Part shown: piece by piece, positions 38,024-46,496 of the stretch
Position numbering within the stretch: position 1 is the stretch's first letter
How the letters are laid out: each line of letters starts with the position of its first letter
Source: a virus
Reading direction: 5' to 3' (one strand)
Length of the DNA: 64,000 nt
IMG/VR virus record: IMGVR_UViG_3300008009_000010
The notes under the pieces: generated by a model
Databases searched by the model: none
What the model was told of the DNA's origin: nothing
What the model saw: only the letters and a program-made list of their open reading frames with translations
Program-made: the position numbers and the translations under genes

Positions 38024-38353
38024 ATGACAAAAAATGTTAAAGAAACAACAAAATATGACAATAAACTTGACATTTTAAATACAAGTACAGAAACCCCTCC
38101 TGATCTAATTGATTTTCTTGATATAGAGTTAGATTCTGATGATAATACATATAGACATTGGGTAGGAATGCCAGAATTTATTCAAGAAAAAAATCCACCT
38201 TTTAAAAAACTTATTGTTACTTTTCGTTGAAAAGAAGATTATGATGAGTTTTCAAAAATTATTGGGCAAAACTTAACAAATAAAACTAAAAGTATCTGGT
38301 ATCCTAAATTAGATAAAGAAGAAAATTCTTTAATGCGTTGGATTGAGGAATAA
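38024..38353 (+). pseudogene. Partner of the TAGT-type glycosyltransferase, with an in-frame TGA at 38228-38230
   Basis: HWVGMPEFIQEKNPPFKKLIVTFR*KEDYDEFSKIIGQNLTNKTKSIWYPKL...RWIEE; the frame stays open for 40 more codons. Confidence 0.7.
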
Positions 38354-38359
38354 TAATTT

Positions 38360-39275
38360 ATGAGCAATCCTAGATTTCCTGTTTATATTATTTCTAAAGG
38401 TCGTCATGAATCAATGATTACCTCTAGATCTTTATCAAGAATGAAAGTTCCTCATTATATCAGTGTTGAACCACAAGATTGGGATCTTTATGAAGAAGCA
38501 CTAGATAAATTTAATATCAGAAAGTGGGTAACTTTGTTATTACTTCCATTTTCTAATCATGGTGATGGGCCCTGGAAGAGCTAGAAATTGGTGTTGGGAT
38601 CATAGTATTTCTTTAGGATTTGAAAAACATTGGGTATTAGATGATAATATTTCTGATTTTTATAGACTGAATAAAAATAAAAGAATTAGAGTGGGATCAG
38701 GTGTAATTTTCAGGGCAGCTGAAAATTTTATTGATCGTTATGAGAATGTTCCTATTTCTGGATTTCAATATCGTTTTTTTATTGCACCTAATTTAAAATA
38801 TCCTCCATTTGTAAAAAATACTAGAATTTATTCTTGTTTGCTTATTCAAAATGATTGTCCATTTAGATGGAGAGGTAGATATAATGAAGATACTGATCTT
38901 TCTTTAAGAGTTTTAAAAGCTGGGCTTTGTACTATTCAGTTTAATATTTTTTTACAGGGTAAACTTGCTACTCAAACAGTAAAAGGTGGTAATACTTCTG
39001 AATTCTATCATGTTGAGGGTGACCTGGATAAACAAAAATGGCGTGATGGTAAACTAAATTCTGAAGGTACTATCAATAAATCTCAAATGCTAGTTGATAT
39101 GCACCCGGATGTTTGTTGGTTAGTTTTTAGATATGGTAGATGGCACCATCATTGTAATTATGAACCTTTTAAAAAAAATAAACTTAAATTTAAACCAAAT
39201 ATTAATTTAAATGTTTTAAAACAATTACCTAATGATGAATATGGTATGAAATTAATTACAAATTTTAAAAAATAA
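38360..39275 (+). pseudogene. TAGT/GREB1-like GT-A glycosyltransferase split by a +1 frameshift at 38567-38572
   Basis: PVYIISKGR...SNHGDG(P) continues as GRARNWCWDH..HWVLDDNI..TRIYSCLLI..RWRGRYNEDTDL..KGGNT; removing one base from GGGCCC fuses the two ORFs. Confidence 0.8.
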
Positions 39276-39336
39276 TTTATTGACATAATAATAAATAAAA
39301 GATATTATATCTTTGTTACTAACAAAAAGGAAAATT

Positions 39337-39759
39337 ATGAAAACTATTAAAGAAATTTTTGAAGAAGTTTCTAAAAAAATTGATGATTACCCTGCATCAA
39401 GAAATATTGATAACTCAGCTATTGGGTATGCTGCTATTGCTTTTCGGGAAAATAATGATTATGTAAAAGCTTTAAATGTTGATTTCCCTTTTATCTTAAA
39501 TAGCAAAAATGACACTTGGTTTCGTAAAATTGAAGGAAAAGCTAAAGGATATGGTCTTGCTATTAAAGACGTAAAAATTACAAGCCGTAAACCTATGACA
39601 ATGGGTAATTTCGATATTTATAAAGCTTCTATTAAATATATTGATGATAAAACAGAAGAAGAAAATATTGACAATTTTTGGATTTCAGTTCATAATAAAT
39701 TTTCTATTGATGATGTTATTAATTATATTGATAAACATAAAAATAAATGGGTTCCTTGA
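39337..39759 (+). CDS. Hypothetical protein with a capsid-targeting-like N-terminus
   Basis: Likely start at 39337, MKTIKEIFEE; TTGACA-N17-TATTAT promoter upstream. Confidence 0.65.
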   Translation: MKTIKEIFEEVSKKIDDYPASRNIDNSAIGYAAIAFRENNDYVKALNVDFPFILNSKNDTWFRKIEGKAKGYGLAIKDVKITSRKPMTMGNFDIYKASIKYIDDKTEEENIDNFWISVHNKFSIDDVINYIDKHKNKWVP

Positions 39760-39898
39760 TAAGGAGAATAAAAATTATGTTATTTTTTATTAAAAATTTT
39801 TTTAAATCTCATCATTGTAATAAATGTAATTGGTTGTTTGCCTGTGAAGATTGTTCTTCTGAATATGAACGAATAGATAAAGAAATAAAAAATAATTA

Positions 39899-39927
39899 TT
39901 GACAAACCAATATTTATGTTATATAAT
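39899..39927 (+). promoter_or_regulatory. Sigma70-type promoter for the tRNA operon
   Basis: TTGACA-N17-TATAAT, 24 nt before the tRNA. Confidence 0.8.
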
Positions 39928-39950
39928 ATATAAAAGAAATATACTTCTAT

Positions 39951-40026
39951 GCTCCTATAGTTAAATGGTTATAACGGTTGCCTTATAAGCGATTATTGGA
40001 CGGTTCAATTCCGCCTAGGAGTACCA
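39951..40026 (+). tRNA. tRNA-Ile (anticodon UAU), second copy
   Basis: Acceptor GCTCCTA/TAGGAGT, D-stem GTTA/TAAC, anticodon arm GTTGC-CTTATAA-GCGAT, T-loop TTCAATT, CCA. Confidence 0.9.
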
Positions 40027-40055
40027 TTTTTAAAAATATTAGATTGGAATTATTT

Positions 40056-40208
40056 ATGTCTCAAGAAGAATTAAAAGAAATTGAAAATTATTTCAAAAAT
40101 CAAATCACTTTCGATAATAGATTATCTCCTGATTATGCTGATTCTTTTCGTTGTGCTGAATTAGTAAATAAACTAATTAAAGAACTTTCATTAGAAAGTA
40201 AAAAATAA
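40056..40208 (+). CDS. Small hypothetical protein
   Basis: Likely start at 40056; the track start overlaps the tRNA. Confidence 0.5.
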   Translation: MSQEELKEIENYFKNQITFDNRLSPDYADSFRCAELVNKLIKELSLESKK

Positions 40209-40214
40209 ATTTAA

Positions 40215-40301
40215 GCTCCCTGCCCCCTCATCGGTCTTCTAAACCGATCCTTTAAACGAGGGATGGAAAGGTATGAGATTCGATTTCTCCAGGGAGTTCC
40301 A
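40215..40301 (+). ncRNA. Atypical tRNA-like RNA, anticodon UCU, no canonical D-arm
   Basis: 8-bp acceptor GCTCCCTG/CAGGGAGT + U73 + CCA; 6-bp anticodon stem ATCGGT-CTTCTAA-ACCGAT; 4-bp T-stem with a TTCGATT loop. Confidence 0.8.
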
Positions 40302-40323
40302 TTTTTTAAAAAGAGTCTCAAAA

Positions 40324-40647
40324 ATGAAAAATCAAGAAATTTTTAATATTATAAAAAATGAATTTGATGAAGAAATTGCTATTAATGCAACTATTTTAAT
40401 TTGTATTAATAAAACTTTGATACCTTTAAATAATGAAATGATTAATAATGAATTATATAGTGATAGACTTAAAAAACAATTTGAATCAGTATTATATCAA
40501 CTTACAGATGAAAAAATATCACTTTGTTTAGATATTTGGGAAGTTTGGCATACGTTTGAAATATGTCAAGATATGCATGGAATAAGTGGAATTGTAAAAA
40601 GATCCCTTAAAGAAATAATTCATATTAAAAATAATAAAGGTAAATAA
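40324..40647 (+). CDS. Hypothetical protein
   Basis: Likely start at 40324. Confidence 0.6.
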   Translation: MKNQEIFNIIKNEFDEEIAINATILICINKTLIPLNNEMINNELYSDRLKKQFESVLYQLTDEKISLCLDIWEVWHTFEICQDMHGISGIVKRSLKEIIHIKNNKGK

Positions 40648-40649
40648 CT

Positions 40650-40949
40650 ATGAAAGAATTTGTTGATGTAATTAATCAATTTGAAAAATATAATATTTTA
40701 ATTGAAAAATTATCTGATCTTATCGGATGTGAGGGAATAATTACTATCGGTGATGATTTAAAAACAGCTATTATGTGTTATCTTGAAAAAATGACTAAAG
40801 ATGAATATAAATGGATTGAATATTTTATTTATGAATTAGATTATGGTAAAAAATATAAAGATGGTTGTATTATTGATAGTGATGGCTCTTATATTAAATT
40901 AAGAACTCCTGAAGATTTATATAATTTTCTTGAAAAAAATAAATCTTGA
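40650..40949 (+). CDS. Conserved phage hypothetical protein
   Basis: WIEYFIYELDYGK...DG..I.L.T.EDLYNFL pattern. Confidence 0.7.
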   Translation: MKEFVDVINQFEKYNILIEKLSDLIGCEGIITIGDDLKTAIMCYLEKMTKDEYKWIEYFIYELDYGKKYKDGCIIDSDGSYIKLRTPEDLYNFLEKNKS

Positions 40950-40966
40950 AAGAGAGATAGTAATAA

Positions 40967-41206
40967 ATGCGTAAATATGAAAATGAAACTATTCAAATTA
41001 AAAAGTTATCTGCAATGAAATGTGATATTTGTGGAATGGATATTTTAAACAGCCAGCATGAAGAAGAAGCTACTTCAATTATTAATACTGGTGGCTATAA
41101 TTCTGTTTTTGGTGATGGCCTTATTTATAGTATTGATATTTGTCAATATTGTTTAAAAGAAAAACTTGGGCAGTATATTCATTATTTTGAAGATGAAATT
41201 GTATAA
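40967..41206 (+). CDS. Zinc-finger hypothetical protein
   Basis: CDICG ... GGYNSVFGDG ... DICQYC. Confidence 0.7.
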   Translation: MRKYENETIQIKKLSAMKCDICGMDILNSQHEEEATSIINTGGYNSVFGDGLIYSIDICQYCLKEKLGQYIHYFEDEIV

Positions 41207-41350
41207 ATACTAAAACGTATATATTGCTTGATATCTGATAATAGTAAATACCAGTTTCATAAAATATAATTATATTTCTTTTGACTTTTTTATTGTATAA
41301 TACATATATTGTTTAAAAAATTGAGTAATATTAATCAAGGAGTCAAAAAC

Positions 41351-41845
41351 ATGAAAAGTTTATATCAAATTTTTGAAGAAGTTGAAGCACTAAAGAGTAA
41401 AGAAAAAACAGAATCAGTTGTTCTGAATGCATGGAAAGAAATTATGCCAAATTCTCATCTTTCATATTCTAAAGGTTCTCTATTAAAAAATAGTAATTAT
41501 TCAACATTTAAAGGATATATTGGGAAAGAAAAAAGAGAATTTATTAATAATATTTTAGAAAATGATCCTCTTAATTTAATTTTTTCAGTAACAACAAAAC
41601 CTGATTCTATCACAGTAGAATTTAGTTCTAATTCTCTTTCTATTAAACCAGATAATAAATATATGGCTTATGGGACAAAGAAACTTTCATTTCGTAAATT
41701 CACAGCAAAAACAATGAAAGATTTTGAGAAAAAAATAAAAGATCTTTTTCTCAAAGTTAAAAGTGCAATTCAAGATGCACTTGAAAATGGGGATTTTGAT
41801 GTTTACTCAGATGAAATTAAAGAAATGATTAAAAGCAAAGTTTAA
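41351..41845 (+). CDS. Hypothetical protein with a capsid-targeting-like N-terminus
   Basis: Likely start at 41351 (AAGGAG RBS), MKSLYQIFEE. Confidence 0.65.
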   Translation: MKSLYQIFEEVEALKSKEKTESVVLNAWKEIMPNSHLSYSKGSLLKNSNYSTFKGYIGKEKREFINNILENDPLNLIFSVTTKPDSITVEFSSNSLSIKPDNKYMAYGTKKLSFRKFTAKTMKDFEKKIKDLFLKVKSAIQDALENGDFDVYSDEIKEMIKSKV

Positions 41846-42018
41846 TTTTGAGTCATAATAAAAATATGAGTTTAATTAATATATTTAACTTCAGTTATCT
41901 TTAGAATGATTTCTGAAGTTTTTTTATAAAAAATATTGACATAAGAACGAAAATAAATTATAGTATTTTTGTTGGCAAGAAAAAACAAATAATTTATTTT
42001 TTTAGGAGAAAGAGAGAA

Positions 42019-42213
42019 ATGGAAATAACAATCACAAAACATTTTATTTCTGGTATTTTTAAAGGAATGACATATTGTGAAAAAATGAAATTTGTTAATT
42101 GGGAATATGCTATTAACTGAGCAAAAGGAGTGAATTTCAAAACGAAACTAGATTATGTAGTATCAGAATTAAGTGATGTAAATGGAACTATTCATTCAAT
42201 GAGGAGTAATTAA
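42019..42213 (+). pseudogene. Small gene with an in-frame TGA at 42118-42120
   Basis: AGGAG RBS; MEITITKHFISGIFKGMTYCEKMKFVNWEYAIN*AKGVNFKTKLDYVVSELSD...; ends 2 nt before the next ATG. Confidence 0.6.
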
Positions 42214-42214
42214 A

Positions 42215-42592
42215 ATGTTTACACAAGCAATTAATGAAGCGAATGAAGCAGCACTTGAAGCAGGTAAAACCTGGATGAAAGAAGCTACAACAAGAGGCCC
42301 GGCATTTACAGTTTACAATTCTGATTTATTTGGTAATCTAGGTTCAACTGTTGGAACATTACTTGATGTTTGTGGTAATGCTCATGTTGAATGTTATGAT
42401 AAAAGAACTAAATTTGGTAAATGGATTAAAGAAAAATATAATAAACAATATACACTCACAGTACCTATTATGAATGAATTTAAGTGTAGGCAAGAACATG
42501 GGTTACAATATGCTATGGCTAGTGCTGCAAAGAATGTTCTTGTTGAAAAGTATGGAATCAAAAAACTTCGTATTTGGGATTATATTGATTAA
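42215..42592 (+). CDS. Hypothetical protein, paralog of 15807..16169
   Basis: A..EA.K.W, LLDVCG.A.V, KR..F.K, C-terminal YID. Confidence 0.7.
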   Translation: MFTQAINEANEAALEAGKTWMKEATTRGPAFTVYNSDLFGNLGSTVGTLLDVCGNAHVECYDKRTKFGKWIKEKYNKQYTLTVPIMNEFKCRQEHGLQYAMASAAKNVLVEKYGIKKLRIWDYID

Positions 42593-42603
42593 GGATAAAT
42601 AAA

Positions 42604-42810
42604 ATGACTGATGCAGAACTCAATATTAAGGCAATTAGAACTATATTTAGTTGTATTAATCCATTTCAATTAAAAACAGCAATGGTTTTTAGTACAATGG
42701 TTGCTAAAAAAATATCAAAAAATCGAAATGAATATTTAGATTTTCTGGAATATTATAATCAGGTTAGGAAAAAAGTTGAAAAAAAATTATCAACAAAATC
42801 AAAGGAGTAA
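42604..42810 (+). CDS. Hypothetical protein
   Basis: 68 aa, AAGGA RBS. Confidence 0.6.
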   Translation: MTDAELNIKAIRTIFSCINPFQLKTAMVFSTMVAKKISKNRNEYLDFLEYYNQVRKKVEKKLSTKSKE

Positions 42811-42814
42811 TAAC

Positions 42815-42958
42815 ATGAAAGAATGTTGTGGTAATTGCAAGAAACACACAGGAGAAAGCTCAAGTCCTTTTAAATTAGGATTATGTAGTTCAACATTAAA
42901 TTCAGATGATACCACCCATAATGATGATTGGTGTGAAGATTTTGAGAGGAAAGAATAA
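42815..42958 (+). CDS. Small Cys-rich protein
   Basis: Likely start MKECCGNCKKH...WCEDFE, AAGGAG RBS. Confidence 0.5.
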   Translation: MKECCGNCKKHTGESSSPFKLGLCSSTLNSDDTTHNDDWCEDFERKE

Positions 42959-43527
42959 TGTCATATTTTGATGAAGCTTATGAAAAAACAATGGAACATG
43001 AAGGATATTATTCTAATGATCCAGATGATCCTGGTGGTGAAACATATAAAGGAATTTCAAGAATTTTTAATCCTTCATGGGATGGTTGGAAATTAATTGA
43101 TCTTTATAAAACAATTGATGGTTTTCCTTCTAATTTAAAATTTATGGATAATTTACAAAAAACTGTTAAGATTTTTTATAAATTAAAATATTTTGATGTT
43201 TTTTGTGGGGATGAATTAGATAAAAATTTAGCAATGAAAATGTTTGATTGTGCTGTTAATTTAGGAACATATAGAGCAATTTTATTTCTTCAAAAATCAT
43301 TAAATGTTCTTAATAGAAATGAAAAATTGTATAAAGATTTATTTGAAGATGGATCTTATGGTAAAAAAACTCATACAACATTAAAAACATATTTAATTAC
43401 AGATTCATCCGAATTGTTAGCTAAATTAATAATGATCCAACAAGGGAATTATTATTTTGAAACTATGCGTAAATCACCTTCACAAGAAAAATATGCTAGA
43501 GGTTGGTTTAATCGAATTTACTTATAA
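42958..43527 (+). CDS. Endolysin, glycoside hydrolase family 108 with a peptidoglycan-binding domain
   Basis: HEGYYSNDPDDPGGETYKGIS, MFDCAVNLG, LQKSLN, DG.YG.KT, ARGWFNR. Confidence 0.92.
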   Translation: MSYFDEAYEKTMEHEGYYSNDPDDPGGETYKGISRIFNPSWDGWKLIDLYKTIDGFPSNLKFMDNLQKTVKIFYKLKYFDVFCGDELDKNLAMKMFDCAVNLGTYRAILFLQKSLNVLNRNEKLYKDLFEDGSYGKKTHTTLKTYLITDSSELLAKLIMIQQGNYYFETMRKSPSQEKYARGWFNRIYL

Positions 43528-43559
43528 AAAATATTTTTTTTAAAAAAAGGAATTAAAAA

Positions 43560-43904
43560 ATGAGTCCTATAGAAACTATTAAAAAATTACCGATCTATAT
43601 AAAAGCTTTTGTAGCTGTAATAACATTTTTGATAACTATTGGTGGCGTTATTTTTGCTGCTGAAGATAGATATGTTACTACTGATGAAGTTGCTCAATCT
43701 TTATCTTTATTGAACCAAAAATTATCTTATGATATAAAAGACGTTAAATTATCTTTGATCCATAAAGAATTAGAATATACTAATAAAACATATTATAAAA
43801 TAAAAGATAGATTAATTCTTCATCCTGATGATCCTGAATTATTATTAGAATTTAATGAAATAAAAGAAAAAAGAAAACAACTTAAAGAGGAGCTTAATAA
43901 ATGA
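43560..43904 (+). CDS. Membrane protein with an N-terminal TM helix and coiled coil (possible lysis accessory)
   Basis: AFVAVITFLITIGGVIFA then a coiled coil; directly after the endolysin. Confidence 0.6.
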   Translation: MSPIETIKKLPIYIKAFVAVITFLITIGGVIFAAEDRYVTTDEVAQSLSLLNQKLSYDIKDVKLSLIHKELEYTNKTYYKIKDRLILHPDDPELLLEFNEIKEKRKQLKEELNK

Positions 43905-44107
43905 AATATTATGAAAATAAAGAAAATTTGATTCCTTTTTTTAAAAACCATTTTTGGGCTTTATCACTTGTTGGTTTTATTATGATTATTTTTAGCCCAA
44001 TTTTATTTCCTTTAACATATATTTTATATAACTATAAAAATATTATGAAAGATTTTGTTGAATATTTTAATGAATCATATAGAGCTTTGTTCTTGTTATA
44101 TAAATAA
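43901..44107 (+). CDS. Small membrane protein
   Basis: One hydrophobic segment; ATGA overlap. Confidence 0.55.
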   Translation: MKYYENKENLIPFFKNHFWALSLVGFIMIIFSPILFPLTYILYNYKNIMKDFVEYFNESYRALFLLYK

Positions 44108-44293
44108 ATCTTTTTATAATTTTACCTTAATTATTTTTATTCTTTTATATTAAAATGTTATCTCATAATTCATTATTTTCTATAGATATTATATACATAC
44201 ATTAATTAATACTTACATAATACTCCTTTGAACTATTAAATTCTATTTTTTTCAATAACTTATAATTTAATTATTACCATTTTAATCAACTTT

Positions 44294-44301
44294 TATAAAT
44301 A
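44294..44301 (+). promoter_or_regulatory. T4-type late promoter upstream of the multiheme cytochrome
   Basis: Exact TATAAATA, about 70 nt before the ATG. Confidence 0.6.
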
Positions 44302-44368
44302 GTAATAGAAATAGAGATATATACATAAGGTATGTATCTCTATCTTTTTAGATTAAAGGAGAAAAAAG

Positions 44369-45991
44369 ATGAAAAAAAATGTTTTACTGTTATTTGTATT
44401 ATTAATCATAGTGAGTATTGGCTATGCAGACGATAATGAAAAAAAGAATAGAACTAATGACTTTTTTCAATCATCTTATCAACATGAAGATGACGATGAT
44501 GAAGAGGATGAAAATAAATATTATAGTAAAGAGGATGATGAAGATGAAGAGGATAAACCACAACCAGATATATTAGATTCAGATAATGATGGGGTTTTAG
44601 ATGATAATGATCAATGCCCTAACACTCCTATCAATGATGTAGTAGATGCTAATGGATGTACTATTACAGAGGAAATTCCTTATACTGATGGCCACTATGA
44701 TAACCCTTCTTGTGTAACTTGTCATGATATAGAAGCTAATCAAGTTCATGATTCCATTCATTATCAATGGAATGGCCCTGCAACATATAATATTACTGGT
44801 AATGTTGAACAGGGTAAAGCTAATGGTGCGGTTAATACTTATTGTGGTAATATAATTGGTAACTGGGAAGGTTGTTCTGCTTGTCATATTGGAAGTGGTA
44901 AACAAATTGTTAAAATTCCTACAGAAGAATCATTAAAAGATATTAATTGTTTAAAATGTCATGAAGCACCTGGTAAATCTTCAACAAGAGAAACTTGTTT
45001 AATATGTCACGCTAAAGCTGGTGGTGGTGATGCAATAAAACGTGGAGATTTAGCTCTTGCTACTGGTAATACCACTGATAAAAAATATGATGTTCACATG
45101 GCAACTACTGGTGCTAATTTAACTTGTCAAGAATGTCATATAACAGAAAATCATAAAATAGCTGGGCGTGGTTCTGATATTCGGCCAACTGATCTTGATG
45201 TTCAAGTATCATGTAATCAGTGTCATGATTCACAACCACATGATAATTCAACATACAATAAACATATAGCTAAAGTTGCTTGTCAAACTTGTCATATACC
45301 AATTTATGCTAAAAATGCTAGTGATAGTAATGCAACAGAAGCAACAGAAATTTTTAGAACCTGGAAATCTTCAGAAGCAATATTACCTCCTTTTCACCCA
45401 ACAAATGAACTAGCTAATAATTTAGTTCCTGTTTATAGATTTTGGAATAAAGATAGTTATAATTATAATATTGGTGAAATGACTATTTTTGATGAATCTA
45501 CTGGAACATATAATACTTCTGTCCCTCAAGGTGATTCATCTGAATCAAATTCTAAACTTTACCCATTTAAATATAAAACTGTTGAACAACCAATGACTAT
45601 TGGAAGTAATATTATTATTCCTTTAAATACTAAAATTTTCTTTGCTACTGCTGACACTGAAGCTGCAATAAAATCAAGTTTAGAATTAATGGGTTTATCA
45701 GTTGATACCCCTTATGAATGGATTATTGCAGATACTTACCAAGCATTAAATCACCAAGTTAGCCCATCTTCTGATGCGTTGACTTGTAAACAATGTCATG
45801 TAGGTGGAACTAATAATGTTAATTTACAATCTTTAGGTTATGCCCCAACTTTACCAATTTCAAGTTGTTCTATTTCTTGCCATAGTGCAAATAAAGCTAA
45901 AGAATGGGAACTCGATAATTTTAGTGATTTTAAAGATCACCATGAAAAACATAAACGTTACTCATGTAATAAATGTCATACAAATAAATAA
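44369..45991 (+). CDS. Exported multiheme c-type cytochrome, octaheme tetrathionate reductase (Otr)-like with extra C-terminal hemes
   Basis: Sec signal peptide; 9 CxxCH plus 1 CxxxCH; Otr-type motifs HYQW..GK..N.YC, GGGDAIKRGDL, DVHM, H..KVACQTCHIP, NHQV. Confidence 0.9.
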   Translation: MKKNVLLLFVLLIIVSIGYADDNEKKNRTNDFFQSSYQHEDDDDEEDENKYYSKEDDEDEEDKPQPDILDSDNDGVLDDNDQCPNTPINDVVDANGCTITEEIPYTDGHYDNPSCVTCHDIEANQVHDSIHYQWNGPATYNITGNVEQGKANGAVNTYCGNIIGNWEGCSACHIGSGKQIVKIPTEESLKDINCLKCHEAPGKSSTRETCLICHAKAGGGDAIKRGDLALATGNTTDKKYDVHMATTGANLTCQECHITENHKIAGRGSDIRPTDLDVQVSCNQCHDSQPHDNSTYNKHIAKVACQTCHIPIYAKNASDSNATEATEIFRTWKSSEAILPPFHPTNELANNLVPVYRFWNKDSYNYNIGEMTIFDESTGTYNTSVPQGDSSESNSKLYPFKYKTVEQPMTIGSNIIIPLNTKIFFATADTEAAIKSSLELMGLSVDTPYEWIIADTYQALNHQVSPSSDALTCKQCHVGGTNNVNLQSLGYAPTLPISSCSISCHSANKAKEWELDNFSDFKDHHEKHKRYSCNKCHTNK

Positions 45992-46067
45992 TATTGACAA
46001 CTCCTTTAGAATGATATATAATGTTACTATTAATAACAAAAATATTCATTCTAAAGGAGTTTAAAAA

Positions 46068-46424
46068 ATGGCATACGTTAGTCAAGATGAAAAACGTAAA
46101 CTTTCCCCTATCATCAAAGAAGTCCTAAAAAAACATGGTTTAAAAGGTTCTATTTCTATTAATAATTATACAACTCTTGTTGTAACAATTAAATCCGGCA
46201 CAATTGATTTTAAAGCAGATGCTATCCATAAAGAATACTGGTATAATGTTAATGAATATTTTATTGAAAAACACTATACAGGTAAAGCTCAAAAAGCTCT
46301 GCTTGAACTCAGGGATGCAATGAATATAGGAAATTATAATAATACTCATGCAAATTTAGATGTTGGTTGGTATATTGAAATTAATCTAGGTACCTTGAAT
46401 AAATCTTATATTCTTGAAAAATAA
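46068..46424 (+). CDS. Conserved phage hypothetical protein, tandem copy 1
   Basis: Near-identical N-terminal 90 aa to 46497..46862; has its own TTGACA-N17-TATAAT promoter (45994-46022). Confidence 0.75.
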   Translation: MAYVSQDEKRKLSPIIKEVLKKHGLKGSISINNYTTLVVTIKSGTIDFKADAIHKEYWYNVNEYFIEKHYTGKAQKALLELRDAMNIGNYNNTHANLDVGWYIEINLGTLNKSYILEK

Positions 46425-46496
46425 CTATTGACTTTTGCTTCTTTAAAGTTTACTATGTTTATATAGTTTTCAACAAACTTTAAAGGAGTTTAAAAA

